DNA from: an uncultured Nitrospiraceae bacterium
Lineage (GTDB): Bacteria; Nitrospirota; Nitrospiria; Nitrospirales; Nitrospiraceae
Direction of reading: 5' to 3'
Length of the DNA: 64,000 nucleotides
Assembly (NCBI GenBank): GCA_963846575.1
Contig: CAWJWJ010000002.1
Span: forward strand, 1,696,001-1,760,000
The translations under genes and the position numbers were made by a program. Each line of letters begins with the position of its first letter. Position 1 is the first letter of the stretch. Below the pieces are notes generated by a model. The model was not told where the DNA came from. It saw only the letters and a program-made list of their open reading frames with translations, and did not search any database. Positions 50,623 to 60,970 of this stretch are shown in pieces.

Positions 50623-53493
50623 TCGATGCCCGCCGAAGGGTTGACGGCCGACCAGGGCTCCGGTGATCGGGCGATTGATGTAGAAGTTGCCCACATCGAC
50701 CGCCCGGCGCGCCAGCTCGATATGCCGTGGACTCCGTGAGTAGAGTCCCCCCGTGAGCGCATAGGCGGTACTGCCGGCGATCCGCAGTGCCTCATCGAAC
50801 GACGATGCGCGCATCACGGCCAGCACAGGACCGAAGATTTCCTCCTGCGCCAGCCGGTGTTTCAACTCAATGTTGGCAATCACCACGGGGCCGACCGAAT
50901 AGCCGACTCCTTCTGAAGATCGATCCACCAGCACCCGTCCTTCCTGGCGTCCCATCTCAAGATACTCCAGGATTCGTTTCCGGGCCCGCCCATCAATAAC
51001 CGGTCCGACCTGCGTGCCGGGATCATCGGCCGCGCCGATCCGTAGACTCAGAACTGCGTCGGTCAGTCGTTGGGCGAATTCATCATGAATGGCGTCCAAT
51101 ACGATCACCCGTGAACAGGCCGAACACTTCTGCCCCGCATAGCCGGTGAATGCCTGCACGACTCCCGTCACCGCTTCGTCGAGATCGGCGGTGTCATCCA
51201 CAATGATCGCGTTTTTTCCACCCATCTCCGCAATCACTCGCTTGACGAAGCGCTGCCCCGGCGGCTGAGCCGCGGCGGTTTGCAGGATGCCCAGCCCCAC
51301 CTCCTTTGATCCGGTAAACGCAATCGTCGCCACCGCCGGATCCGACACCAGCCCACGTCCCAAGTCCGGGCCGCCGGGAACGAATTGAAACGCGCCTACC
51401 GGGACACCAGCCTCCACCAGGATCCGTCCGAGCCGATACCCCATAACAGGCGAGCGTTCGGAGGGTTTGAACAAGACGGCATTGCCGGTGACCAACGCCG
51501 CAGCCACCATGCCGGCCGGAATGGCGAGCGGAAAGTTCCATGGTGAAATGACGACGGCAATACCGCGCGGGCCCCAGACCAGTTCATTCAACTCACCCGG
51601 ATACTGGCCAAGCCGTCTGGGGGATCCCAGCTGCTGCATGTCTTCCGCGTAATACTCCAGAAAGTCGATAGCCTCTGCCACATCAGCGTCCGCTTCCCGC
51701 CAAGGTTTACCTGCTTCGAACACTTCCCATGCCGCCAATTCCCAGCGCTGCGCCCGCATGAGTGCTGCCGCTTTGTGCATGATGGCAATGCGAGCCTCGA
51801 CCGGACGCTCCTTCCATTCCAGGCGTGAAGTTTCAGCCGCTGTAAGAAGTGCTGTGACATCGCCGGGCTGATAACTTTGCATGAGTGCAACCAGCTGATC
51901 CGGCTGACTGGGGTTGAACGAGCTCAGCTCCGGACCGGTCGGGGCCAGACAAGCCAGCGTGGAGACATCCAATCGCTGTCCTAACTGCCTGCGAACATCC
52001 TCGATAGCTCCCGCCATTGCCGCGCGCACCTCCGCACGGGAGAAATCCGCCACCGGTTCGTTGATAAACTGGAAGTCCCGGACACCCGGCGCAAGCGGCT
52101 CCTCCGCCGGTTCGGCTGGAGAACGGGGAACACCGGCGTTGTCCGGTGAGGACAGCAACAGAGCCAGGGGTTGCGACTCCACATATTCCTTTCGCAAGAA
52201 CGATTCGTTCGAAGTATTTTCCAGGAGCCGGCGAACCAGATAGGCCATGCCGGGCAGGAGTTCCCCGACTGGGGCATAGAGCCGCAGTCGCCGTCCGCGG
52301 TGGCTCACCGCATACTGAAACGGCTCAGCCATACCGTAGATCATCTGATATTCATAGGCCTCAGGGGGTAACCTGAGAGCCTCGGCCGTCGCTTCGATCA
52401 CGGCGAGACTCCGGAGGTTGTGCGTGCCAAAGGCGGGGCGTAGAACGTGACTGTGCTCAAGGAGCAGACGAACCAGTACCTCGTAGTTCACATCCGTTTG
52501 CGATTTACGCTCGAATAACGGCATCGGCCAGCCCTGCTGCCGATACCGAATGGAATCCGAATCCCAGTACGCACCCTTCACCAACCGGATCGTGATCGGC
52601 ACCTGTCGGGTCGCGACCCAGGCCAATAACGCCCGCACGTCGTCCAGCGTATCGGTCCGATAGGCTTGAAGTGCCAGTCCGGCATGGGGAAAGGTGCGAT
52701 ACGGCTCCTCGGAAAAGATCCGCATGAACGTGGTGAGGATCAGATCTTTCGTATTGGCCTGTTCCATATCGAAAATAATCGAGGCGGGGAGGGTGAGCGC
52801 CAGATTCAGGAGCGGCCGCAACCGGGCGGCGAGGGCGCGATAGCTGCTCTCCGGATCGATCGGGTCCAATTGCGAATAGAGTGCCGAGATTTTGATCGAG
52901 AGCTGCACCCGCGGGACGAGGCCGTGATGATCCCGTTCGAGCAACGGCGCCGGCGACCAGGTCGCGCAGGCTTGGCCCAACCGCTGCAATGCCGCGAGGC
53001 AATGATCACGATATCGATCCGCTTCCCGTTCGCTGACGGTCGCTTCTCCCAGCAGATCGACCGAAAAGGCCCGCCCCTCGTCCCACTGTTTTTGGAGAGT
53101 CGGAATGGCCTCCTCGATCGAGGCCCCGGCAATAAAGGATGTCGCCATCTGTTCGACCTGATGACGGACAGCCTTTCCGCTCAGGCTGGCGCCCATCCTG
53201 GTGGCGGCGAGCGCCCTCAGGCCCCATTGCACGCCGAACAACTGCCCGCTCATGTCGCCGAAATACTCCTCGGCCACACGCACGACTTGCGCATCGTCAC
53301 GCAACGACGGCAGCACATCGATGAATCGGAACAACTGCGCCTTAAACGCAGGATCTTTCATCGCCAGATTGATCGCCGCCTGCGACCACCAGCGGGAATC
53401 AAACAGACCGGGAGCCTGGCCGCCGGAACGTCGTGCCAAATCCTCCCCGATGGCGCGGATACGGGGTTCGAGCAGCACAGGGTCAAGACTCAT
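50512..53493 (-). CDS. putA: Bifunctional proline dehydrogenase / P5C dehydrogenase (no DNA-binding domain)
   Basis: LFRFIDVLP, DLLGEA, RLVKGAYWD, YLVRRLLENTSN; ISPWNFP, FTGS, EMGGKN, GQKCSA, EEIFGP; GGAGGA RBS before ATG 53493. Confidence 0.93.
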   Translation of the reverse strand: MSLDPVLLEPRIRAIGEDLARRSGGQAPGLFDSRWWSQAAINLAMKDPAFKAQLFRFIDVLPSLRDDAQVVRVAEEYFGDMSGQLFGVQWGLRALAATRMGASLSGKAVRHQVEQMATSFIAGASIEEAIPTLQKQWDEGRAFSVDLLGEATVSEREADRYRDHCLAALQRLGQACATWSPAPLLERDHHGLVPRVQLSIKISALYSQLDPIDPESSYRALAARLRPLLNLALTLPASIIFDMEQANTKDLILTTFMRIFSEEPYRTFPHAGLALQAYRTDTLDDVRALLAWVATRQVPITIRLVKGAYWDSDSIRYRQQGWPMPLFERKSQTDVNYEVLVRLLLEHSHVLRPAFGTHNLRSLAVIEATAEALRLPPEAYEYQMIYGMAEPFQYAVSHRGRRLRLYAPVGELLPGMAYLVRRLLENTSNESFLRKEYVESQPLALLLSSPDNAGVPRSPAEPAEEPLAPGVRDFQFINEPVADFSRAEVRAAMAGAIEDVRRQLGQRLDVSTLACLAPTGPELSSFNPSQPDQLVALMQSYQPGDVTALLTAAETSRLEWKERPVEARIAIMHKAAALMRAQRWELAAWEVFEAGKPWREADADVAEAIDFLEYYAEDMQQLGSPRRLGQYPGELNELVWGPRGIAVVISPWNFPLAIPAGMVAAALVTGNAVLFKPSERSPVMGYRLGRILVEAGVPVGAFQFVPGGPDLGRGLVSDPAVATIAFTGSKEVGLGILQTAAAQPPGQRFVKRVIAEMGGKNAIIVDDTADLDEAVTGVVQAFTGYAGQKCSACSRVIVLDAIHDEFAQRLTDAVLSLRIGAADDPGTQVGPVIDGRARKRILEYLEMGRQEGRVLVDRSSEGVGYSVGPVVIANIELKHRLAQEEIFGPVLAVMRASSFDEALRIAGSTAYALTGGLYSRSPRHIELARRAVDVGNFYINRPITGALVGRQPFGGHRLSGVGAKAGGEEYLKQFMIPRVISEQTLRRGFAPTL

Positions 53494-53673
53494 CGATTCC
53501 TCCTGGCGACATTCCGGTGCCAACAGCAGCCTCATATGCAGTATACACCGCGCTTCTTCACTTGAAAATTTGACCGGGCTTTCGGTAGCATGCGACCCGT
53601 TTGTCCTGACCAAAACCATTCGCAAGGCGGTGTACCGTGGCGATGAGTGGCGCACAGGATCCGAAGGAGATGA

Positions 53674-54507
53674 ATGACCGACTCGTCCGCGCAACCCGTC
53701 TGCTGGGGCACTCTGACTCTGTTCTGCTCACTCACGCTCATGACCGTCGTCGGCATACCGACGTTCGCACACTTCTATGACTACAGGCTCCTCGACTGGA
53801 TCCTGCTCGTCGTCCTCTATGTGGTGACCGGGATGGGGATCACGGTGGGCTACCACCGGATGCTCACTCACCACAGCTTCGACAGCCGCCCCTGGGTCAA
53901 GGCCTGCTTGCTGATCGTGGGCGGTTGGGCGATGCAAAATTCAGCGTTGATCTGGTGCGCCGACCACATTCGTCATCATGCGCACACGGACGAGGAGGCC
54001 GACCCCTACAATGCGACAAGGGGATTCTGGCACAGCCATGTCGGCTGGCTATTCGTGAAGACGGTCTATCGCGAGGATCGTTTTTCCGCGAAACTGCGCA
54101 CCGATCCCCTGATCACCTGGCAGCACCGGAACTATTGGTTGATCGTGGCCTCGGGGTTCCTGTTTCCGCTCGTGGCCGGCTACCTGAACGCGGGATATTC
54201 CGGCGCAGTCGGTTGTTTCCTGCTTGCCGGAGTGCTTCGCACCGTGCTGGTGCTAAACTCGACGTTCACCATCAACTCCCTCTGCCACCTCATCGGCCGC
54301 CAGCCCCATGGGACGGAGGACAGCAGCCGCGACAGTTGGGTGATCTCCTTCATCAGTTTCGGCGAGGGCTATCACAATTATCACCACACCTATTCCAGGG
54401 ACTATCGCAACGGATCCAAGTGGTACAATTTCGATCCCTCCAAATGGTTGATCTATGCCTTCTCACTGATGGGATTGACCTATAATCTCCATCGTGAGCG
54501 TATGTAA
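53674..54507 (+). CDS. Delta-9 type acyl-CoA/lipid desaturase
   Basis: His boxes HRMLTH, HIRHH, HNYHH; NSLCH; FDPSKW. Confidence 0.9.
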   Translation: MTDSSAQPVCWGTLTLFCSLTLMTVVGIPTFAHFYDYRLLDWILLVVLYVVTGMGITVGYHRMLTHHSFDSRPWVKACLLIVGGWAMQNSALIWCADHIRHHAHTDEEADPYNATRGFWHSHVGWLFVKTVYREDRFSAKLRTDPLITWQHRNYWLIVASGFLFPLVAGYLNAGYSGAVGCFLLAGVLRTVLVLNSTFTINSLCHLIGRQPHGTEDSSRDSWVISFISFGEGYHNYHHTYSRDYRNGSKWYNFDPSKWLIYAFSLMGLTYNLHRERM

Positions 54508-54690
54508 TGGTGCCGCGCCTCGAAGACAGGCATGATCCTGGACAGGCTCATGCCTGATCGTGCGGGTCGAATGCATTTCCTGCCTGGACAGGCGCAGCAT
54601 CCAATCGCCCATTTCTTTTGGTCGACTCGATAGCTTAAGATGACCTGGAATCGTTGATCCTTATGAGGATCGCGCGGAGGAGGCACGACT

Positions 54691-55578
54691 ATGGCAGATC
54701 AAGAAGGCGGCGCACCGCAGCAGGAAGCGGCGTCCGCAAAACCCAATATAATTCCCGGCGTCAAACATGTTATTGCGATCAGTAGCGGCAAAGGCGGCGT
54801 CGGCAAATCGACGGTGGCGGTGAATCTGGCCGTCGCCCTGAGCCTGAACGGCGCCAAGGTCGGGTTACTCGACGCCGACATTTACGGTCCGAACATCCCG
54901 ATGATGATGGGCGTCGAAAAGACTCCCGAGCAGCAGGACGGCAAGATTACGCCGGCCGAGAGCCACGGGGTCAAACTCATCTCCATGGGGTTTTTTGTAC
55001 CGGAAGACACCGCCGTCGTCTGGCGGGGCCCGATGGTCCACACGGCCATTCAGCAACTTTTCCGCGACGTGTTGTGGGGCGAACTGGATTACCTGCTGAT
55101 CGACCTTCCGCCCGGGACCGGCGACGCGCAGTTGACCCTGACCCAGTTGGTACCCCTGGCAGGCGCCGTGACGGTGACCACTCCGCAGGAAGTGGCGCTT
55201 CACGACGTGCGCAAAGGGATGATGATGTTCCAGAAGGTCAACGTTCCGTTACTCGGCATCGTGGAGAACATGAGTTTCTACGTCTGCGGCCATTGCGGGG
55301 AACGTACTGAAATTTTCTCTCACGGCGGCGGAGAACGGGCGGCAGAAAAGCTGGGTATTCCCTTTCTGGGACGGGTTCCCATCGATCCTGCCATTCGTAT
55401 CGGCGGTGACACGGGCAATCCGGTCGTCATCGCGACACCCGATTCTCCTCAGGCCAAAGCCTTCCGTGAGATCGCCGCAAAACTCGCCGCCGCGCTTCAA
55501 ACCGGCGGGGCAGGGGCGGCCAAGAGCCGCATCGAAAGCCTCTTACAGAAAATCAAACGACCCGCATCAGGCAGCTGA
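54691..55578 (+). CDS. mrp: Mrp/ApbC (NBP35-like) Fe-S carrier ATPase
   Basis: [38 protein letters not shown]. Confidence 0.93.
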   Translation: MADQEGGAPQQEAASAKPNIIPGVKHVIAISSGKGGVGKSTVAVNLAVALSLNGAKVGLLDADIYGPNIPMMMGVEKTPEQQDGKITPAESHGVKLISMGFFVPEDTAVVWRGPMVHTAIQQLFRDVLWGELDYLLIDLPPGTGDAQLTLTQLVPLAGAVTVTTPQEVALHDVRKGMMMFQKVNVPLLGIVENMSFYVCGHCGERTEIFSHGGGERAAEKLGIPFLGRVPIDPAIRIGGDTGNPVVIATPDSPQAKAFREIAAKLAAALQTGGAGAAKSRIESLLQKIKRPASGS

Positions 55579-55622
55579 TCGGACACCGGGCAGGGAACGG
55601 ATCACGCACTCACGGAGGATCT

Positions 55623-55928
55623 ATGGGCGAGTTGGTCAGAATCGCAGGAACGACAGAGGTAAAACCGGGCAGCGCGATGGTGGCGGAAGTCAACGGCAAA
55701 ACCCTCGCGGTCTTCAACGTCGACGGGGCCTATTTCGCCATCGATAACACCTGCGTGCATCGCGGGGGTCCACTGGGGGAAGGTGATGTGGAGGGGGAGG
55801 TCGTGACCTGCCCCTGGCATAACTGGCAATTCAATGTGAAGACTGGGACCTGTGTGAATAATCCCTCGGCAAAGGTGACTGCCTATGAAGTAACGGTCGA
55901 AGGTTCCGACATCAAAGTCCGATTGTGA
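55623..55928 (+). CDS. Rieske-type [2Fe-2S] ferredoxin
   Basis: CVH...CPWH Rieske motifs; GGAGG RBS. Confidence 0.9.
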   Translation: MGELVRIAGTTEVKPGSAMVAEVNGKTLAVFNVDGAYFAIDNTCVHRGGPLGEGDVEGEVVTCPWHNWQFNVKTGTCVNNPSAKVTAYEVTVEGSDIKVRL

Positions 55929-56006
55929 TCACAATCGGCGTCGGATGTTGCCATCAGTCCCGATCTGAACCAGGGGTTCTAACGCAGCAGTGAAATGGAG
56001 GCTTCC

Positions 56007-56375
56007 ATGGCAGAGAATACGTTGACCTCGCAACACATCGAGATCGCTGAAACCTTCGTGCGGCTGTATGTATTCCTCACGCAATACATCGATCGCTGTG
56101 AGGACGAGGCTGCACGGAAGGAATATCCGGAGGCAGAACTTCAGAAGCATCTCGCCGCCACCCGCTCAAAGATGATGGAAATTTTGAAGGTGAATCCCGT
56201 CGTCCAGGGCAAGGTGGAGAAGGAGTGCGAGCGGGTGCTCACGCTGGGTGGAAAATGTTTGATGGGCGGCACCGAAAAAGTCGCCGCGCTCGATGTGCTG
56301 GGAGCGGAACGGGTCATTTTCAAAAATAAAACGATTGCGTTGAGCGACCTTCTGGCCGTGTATCGCGCCTTGTAG
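56007..56375 (+). CDS. Hypothetical helical protein
   Basis: GGAGG RBS before ATG 56007; coding-like ORF with no recognised motif. Confidence 0.65.
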   Translation: MAENTLTSQHIEIAETFVRLYVFLTQYIDRCEDEAARKEYPEAELQKHLAATRSKMMEILKVNPVVQGKVEKECERVLTLGGKCLMGGTEKVAALDVLGAERVIFKNKTIALSDLLAVYRAL

Positions 56376-56381
56376 AACCCC

Positions 56382-56732
56382 ATGTCCGATCCGGCTGGAG
56401 AGAAACACCAACTCGCCGGCTTCGATGCCCGTGAACGGGGCTTCAATCGTCCCGTGGAATTCATCCGCACACCGTCCGGCTATCAGGCGGTGCTACGATA
56501 TGAAACGACGCGCCTCGTCACCCCGGAGGCCCCCAGTCCCCCGGAAGCCCTGAGCCACTTGATCCTGCAACTCCAGCAACAGGGTTATACTCAGCTGCGG
56601 AGCCAGCAAAGCTATCGTGACGGCACCTATCTGGGCTCCCAGGAAGCCTGGGTGGAATATCCGGATCGTCTCGTGGAACCGGCGGTCGGGATCCTTGGAC
56701 TGCTGAAGAAGTGGCTGAGGCGTTCGGCCTAG
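56382..56732 (+). CDS. Hypothetical protein
   Basis: 6 bp after the previous gene; coding-like; amphipathic C-terminus. Confidence 0.6.
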   Translation: MSDPAGEKHQLAGFDARERGFNRPVEFIRTPSGYQAVLRYETTRLVTPEAPSPPEALSHLILQLQQQGYTQLRSQQSYRDGTYLGSQEAWVEYPDRLVEPAVGILGLLKKWLRRSA

Positions 56733-56819
56733 GCAAAGAGCCGGCCCAGGCACATCCCGGATCGTCGCCTAAGGAAACCTCTCGCCCCTCGAGTACGGCA
56801 GATGCCTGTCTCGGTCACA

Positions 56820-56848
56820 TTGACTCTCTCCCAGGCCACGCCTATAGT
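56820..56848 (+). promoter_or_regulatory. Sigma70 promoter
   Basis: TTGACT-N17-TATAGT. Confidence 0.6.
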
Positions 56849-56926
56849 CCGGGTAGATTGAGCCCTGCGCGTGGAGGGGCATTGTCGTACTCTTGCCATC
56901 GATCCGCTTGCGAGGAACCGGCCGTG

Positions 56927-57364
56927 ATGTGGGTTCGACTCCTGTGCTTCACCTGCTTGTTCCAATTCCTGCCGTACCAGGCGACGGCGAAAGTCTATCG
57001 GTGCGAAGGAGCCGGCGGCACCACCATTTTGACCGATCAACCAAAGGGGAAACGTGGCTGCGAGTTAGTCCCTACCGCTTCTCCCTCGCCACCCGGCGGC
57101 TACACTCCGCCGCTGGACCCCATTGCTCCGGTTCCGCTGGATCTTCCACCTGCGACCATACCTTCATCCGCCGCACAGGCCGTACCGCAGCAACCGATCG
57201 CAGGCCAGCCATCCACCGCACCGGCGGCAGCACAAGAGCCGGCGGCGCCATCCGCGCCGGAGGCACAACATTGCTCGCCACGCGTCAACCCCCTCAATCC
57301 GTTTGCCGCAATGAATTGCTTGCCCGCCACAGGCGACAAACCGAAGCCCGACAGCCGTGACTGA
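56927..57364 (+). CDS. DUF4124-like secreted protein with Pro-rich tail
   Basis: Signal peptide, then VYRC...G...TDQP...C. Confidence 0.65.
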   Translation: MWVRLLCFTCLFQFLPYQATAKVYRCEGAGGTTILTDQPKGKRGCELVPTASPSPPGGYTPPLDPIAPVPLDLPPATIPSSAAQAVPQQPIAGQPSTAPAAAQEPAAPSAPEAQHCSPRVNPLNPFAAMNCLPATGDKPKPDSRD

Positions 57365-57393
57365 ACCGTCTCCACGGTACCTGTCTCGATTGA

Positions 57394-57422
57394 TTGACTC
57401 TCTCACCGCCCGTTCATATAAT
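57394..57422 (+). promoter_or_regulatory. Near-consensus sigma70 promoter of the GlmL-like operon
   Basis: TTGACT-N17-TATAAT, 38 bp upstream of ATG 57461. Confidence 0.75.
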
Positions 57423-57460
57423 GCAAAATTGAACCGTTTAAGCTGATCTGACAAGCACTT

Positions 57461-57835
57461 ATGTCTGCCTTCTCTGCCGGGTTTCTAGCCCGTCGCGCAC
57501 AAGATCTTCGAGCCGGTCTCCGGCACGCCTTCGCCGTTCGTCCGGAACGGACAGACTTCACGCCTGAAGACCTGGCGTTGCTTGAACGGGTTGCCCGGGC
57601 CATCGTCGCACGCGGGATGGCCGCCCCCGCCACACTCTTTCTCGAATCGATGGGCCCAATGAACTTTCTCGGCAGTCAAGCCCTGCACGTCCTCGCTCCC
57701 ATCATCGAATTCGCACTGAGCGGCAGCGAACTGACACAGATCGCCAGGCTGCTGGAACGGCGCGAGTCCATTCAGCGATTGATCATCCTCATCGAAGGCC
57801 GAGCCACGCCTCCTCAAGGAGCGTCCGCTCGATGA
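57461..57835 (+). CDS. Hypothetical protein, first gene of the GlmL-like operon
   Basis: LERVARAIVARGMAAPATLFLESMGPMNFLGSQ..LLERRE; ATGA overlap with the next gene. Confidence 0.7.
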   Translation: MSAFSAGFLARRAQDLRAGLRHAFAVRPERTDFTPEDLALLERVARAIVARGMAAPATLFLESMGPMNFLGSQALHVLAPIIEFALSGSELTQIARLLERRESIQRLIILIEGRATPPQGASAR

Positions 57836-59685
57836 CCTCTGCGCCTCACCCGTCCGGGACTCCTAAGAGCGAGCAGCCGTTGAACATCATCGTCGCCACG
57901 GACTGCGGCAGCACTACCACGAAGGCGATCCTGATCGAGAAAGTCGGCGAGGAGTATCGCCAGACCTTCCGCGGCGAAGCGCCGACGACGGTCGAAGCGC
58001 CGTTCGAAGATGTCACCCGTGGCGTGTTCAACGCCATTGCCGAGATCGAGGAGCTCGCCGGACGCACCATCCTGGATGGCGACCGCATCATCACTCCGAA
58101 TCAAGCAGCGCTGGGTGATCCAGGGCGTCGACATCTACGTCTCCACGTAGCAGCGCGGGCGGCGGACTGCAGATGATGGTCACCGGCGTGGTGCAAGAAC
58201 ATGACCGCCGAGAGCGCCCAACGCGCCGCGCTCGGCGCCGGCGCCATCGTAATGGACGTCTTGGCTTCCAACGACGGACGGCTAGCCGTACGAGAAGATC
58301 GAGCGGATCCGCACCTGCGGCCCGACATGATCCTGATGTCCGGCGGCACCGACGGCGGGACCGTGACGCACGTCGTCGAAATGGCCGAGTACATTGCGGC
58401 TGCCGAGCCGCGTCCGCGCCTCGGCAGCGACCTATCAGCTCCCGCTCATCTACGCCGGCAACAGAGAGGCCCAACCGCAGATCAAGACGATTCTCGGCGA
58501 AAAGATCGCGCTGGAATTCGCCGACAACCTCCGGCCGATGCTCGAGCGGGAGAACCTCGCGCCGGCCCGCGACAAGATCCACGATCTGTTCCTCGAACAC
58601 GTCATGCAGCAGGCCCCCGGCTACAAAAAGCTGATTGAGCTGGCGGGAGCGCCGATCATGCCGACCCCCGGCGCGGTCGGCGTCATTATGGAGACCATCG
58701 CCAAACGCGAGAGCATCAACGTGGTCGGCGTCGACATCGGCGGCGCCACCACCGACGTGTTCTCCGTCTTCGACGGCGTCTTCAACCGCACGGTCAGTGC
58801 GAACCTCGGCATGTCCTACTCGATTTCGAACGTCCTCGCCGAGGCGGGCCTCGACAACATCCTGCGCTGGGTGCCCTTCACCATCGACGAAGCCAACGCT
58901 GCGGAACCGCATCAAAAACAAGATGATCCGGCCGACCACGATCCCCCAGACGCTGGACGAACTCCAGATCGAGCAGGCCATCGCGCGCGAGGCCCTGCGG
59001 CTGGCGTTCATCCAGCACAAATCTCTCGCGACGGCGCTCAAGGGCGTCCAGCAGGAACGAACCATCTCCGACGTCTTCGAACAGCGGACCTCCGGCAAGA
59101 CCCTGGTCGACATGCTGAACCTGGACCTGATCGTCGGCTCCGGCGGCGTGCTCTCGCATGCGCCGCGCCGCATCCAGTCCATGCTCATGATGATCGATGC
59201 GTACGAACCGCTCGGTGTCACGACGCTCGCGGTCGATAGCATCTTCATGATGCCGCACCTGGGCGTGCTCTCGACGGTGCAATGAACAGGCGGCCACCGA
59301 TGTCTTCGTACGGGATTGCATGGTCTACCTCGGTACCTGCATCGCCCCGGCAGGGCGGGGGAAGGATGGAGAACGCTGCGCCGATTACGACTTGACGCTG
59401 CCTGACGGGCGAATCGAGAAAGGCACGCTGAACTTCGGTGAGCTCAAACTGTTCAGCCTGAGCCGAAACCAGCAGGCTACTATCTCGATGCAGCCGGCCA
59501 AACAAGTCAATCTTGGGAATGGTCCGGGACAATCCCTCACCCGAACGGTCCAGGGCGGCGTCGTTGGCCTCCTGCTGGATGGACGCGGCCGCCCACTGCA
59601 GCTGCCGAGCGAGCAAACGGCCCGGATCGCAGCCCTCAGCCGATGGTATCAGGCGGTCGATTTGTATCCGAAGGGGAGCGCATAG
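57832..59685 (+). CDS. Glutamate mutase L (GlmL/MutL)-like actin-fold (ASKHA) ATPase, broken by about 7-8 indels in this sequence
   Basis: Fragments in successive frames: ATDCGSTTTKA, APTTV, SSAGGGLQM, AALGAGA, PDMILMSGGTDGG, IYAGN, IMPTPGAV, GVDIGGATTDVFS, RTVSANLGM, GSGGVLSHAP, LLDGRGRPL. Confidence 0.8.
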
Positions 59686-59837
59686 AGTGAGGGAGTTGCG
59701 CGTCTGTATGTCGTGGATTCTGTGCTGGTGCCCGGGAGCGAATCGCCGGGGCGAGCACCCCGAGCCGTACCGTGACTGGGACGGCGAGGGAACCGAGCCA
59801 CTGAGAAGGAAGCAGTAGGGCGTTTCACCAACCGATT

Positions 59838-60965
59838 ATGGCGCATTCCTATACACCAGGGCTCACGGTCACCGAACGGGTTACTGTTCGTCGCAGACGT
59901 ATTCTCCCCCTGCCAGGAACGGTGCTGGTCAAGGTGGGCGAGAGGGTCCATGCCGATACCACGGTCGCCAGGGCGGAATTGCCGGGCAGAGTCATCCCGA
60001 TGAACCTCGCCAACCAGCTGGGGATCGCACCGGACGAGATCAAGGACTACCTCGTCAAAAAAGAACAGGACTCGATCCAAAAGGACGAGGTGCTGGCGGA
60101 GAACAAACCCTTCATCAAGTGGTTCAAAACCGAGATCCGTTCACCCGTCACCGGAAAAATCGAATCCGTGTCGACGATCACCGGTCAGATTCTTTTGCGG
60201 GAACCGCCCAGGGTCTTGGATCTACGCGGCTACATTGAAGGCACCATCGCCGAGGTGCATCCGGAGCAGGGAGTCACGGTCGAAACGAGTTGCAGTCTGG
60301 TGCAAGGCATTTTCGGCATCGGCGGGGAAGTCACCGGCGAGCTGGTCATGGGCGTGACGGCGCCGGACCAGCCTTTGATGCCTGAGCAACTGACCGCCTC
60401 CATGAAAGGGAAAATCGTAGTCGGCGGGGCGTTTCTGCCTGCAGCCACTCTGTCACGCGCCAAAGAAATCGGAGTCATCGGCTTAGTCGTCGGCGGCATC
60501 CACGATAAAGACTTGCGAGCGCTGCTCGGCTTCGATTTGGGTGTCGCCATTACCGGCTCGGAACAAGTCGGGTTTACCCTGATCCTCACGGAAGGATTCG
60601 GGACGATTCCGATGGCTCCGAAAACCTTCTCTTTGCTGTCGGCCCACACAGGTCATCAGGCATCGATTTCGGGCGCGACGCAAATCCGCGCCGGCGTCAT
60701 CCGGCCGGAAATCATCATTCCACAGACGTCCTCGTCCGCCGGATCCATGCCTGACCGGCTCGAGCGCGAAGGCATTCAATTGGGCGACCCGGTCCGCATC
60801 ATTCGAGATCCGCTGTTCGGGAAGATCGGCGCCGTCTCAGGCCTACCTTCCGAACTCAGGACGATTCCGACAGAGAGCCAGGTCCGTGTGCTGGAAGTGC
60901 GGTTTCCGGACGGTACGACCACCACGGTCCCCCGCACCAATATCGAAGTGATCGAAGGAGCCTGA
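59838..60965 (+). CDS. Conserved hypothetical soluble protein (barrel-sandwich-hybrid-like segments, C-terminal KOW/SH3-like motif)
   Basis: GTVLVKVGERV, IRSPVTGKI, VQGIFGIGGE, LTEGFG, TQIRAGVIRPEIII, GDPVRIIRDPLFGKIG. Confidence 0.75.
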   Translation: MAHSYTPGLTVTERVTVRRRRILPLPGTVLVKVGERVHADTTVARAELPGRVIPMNLANQLGIAPDEIKDYLVKKEQDSIQKDEVLAENKPFIKWFKTEIRSPVTGKIESVSTITGQILLREPPRVLDLRGYIEGTIAEVHPEQGVTVETSCSLVQGIFGIGGEVTGELVMGVTAPDQPLMPEQLTASMKGKIVVGGAFLPAATLSRAKEIGVIGLVVGGIHDKDLRALLGFDLGVAITGSEQVGFTLILTEGFGTIPMAPKTFSLLSAHTGHQASISGATQIRAGVIRPEIIIPQTSSSAGSMPDRLEREGIQLGDPVRIIRDPLFGKIGAVSGLPSELRTIPTESQVRVLEVRFPDGTTTTVPRTNIEVIEGA

Positions 60966-60970
60966 GCCGC

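Noticed and set aside
52666..53565. 299-aa plus-strand ORF
   Set aside because: Antisense shadow of putA.
58091..59248. 385-aa minus-strand ORF
   Set aside because: Antisense shadow of the frameshifted GlmL-like gene; the conserved motifs are on the plus strand.
57832..59685. Programmed frameshifting, or several separate small genes
   Set aside because: Too many shifts, no slippery sites, and the fragments tile one continuous family sequence.
57832..59685. DNA mismatch-repair MutL
   Set aside because: Only a name clash; the motifs are actin/ASKHA-type, not GHKL.
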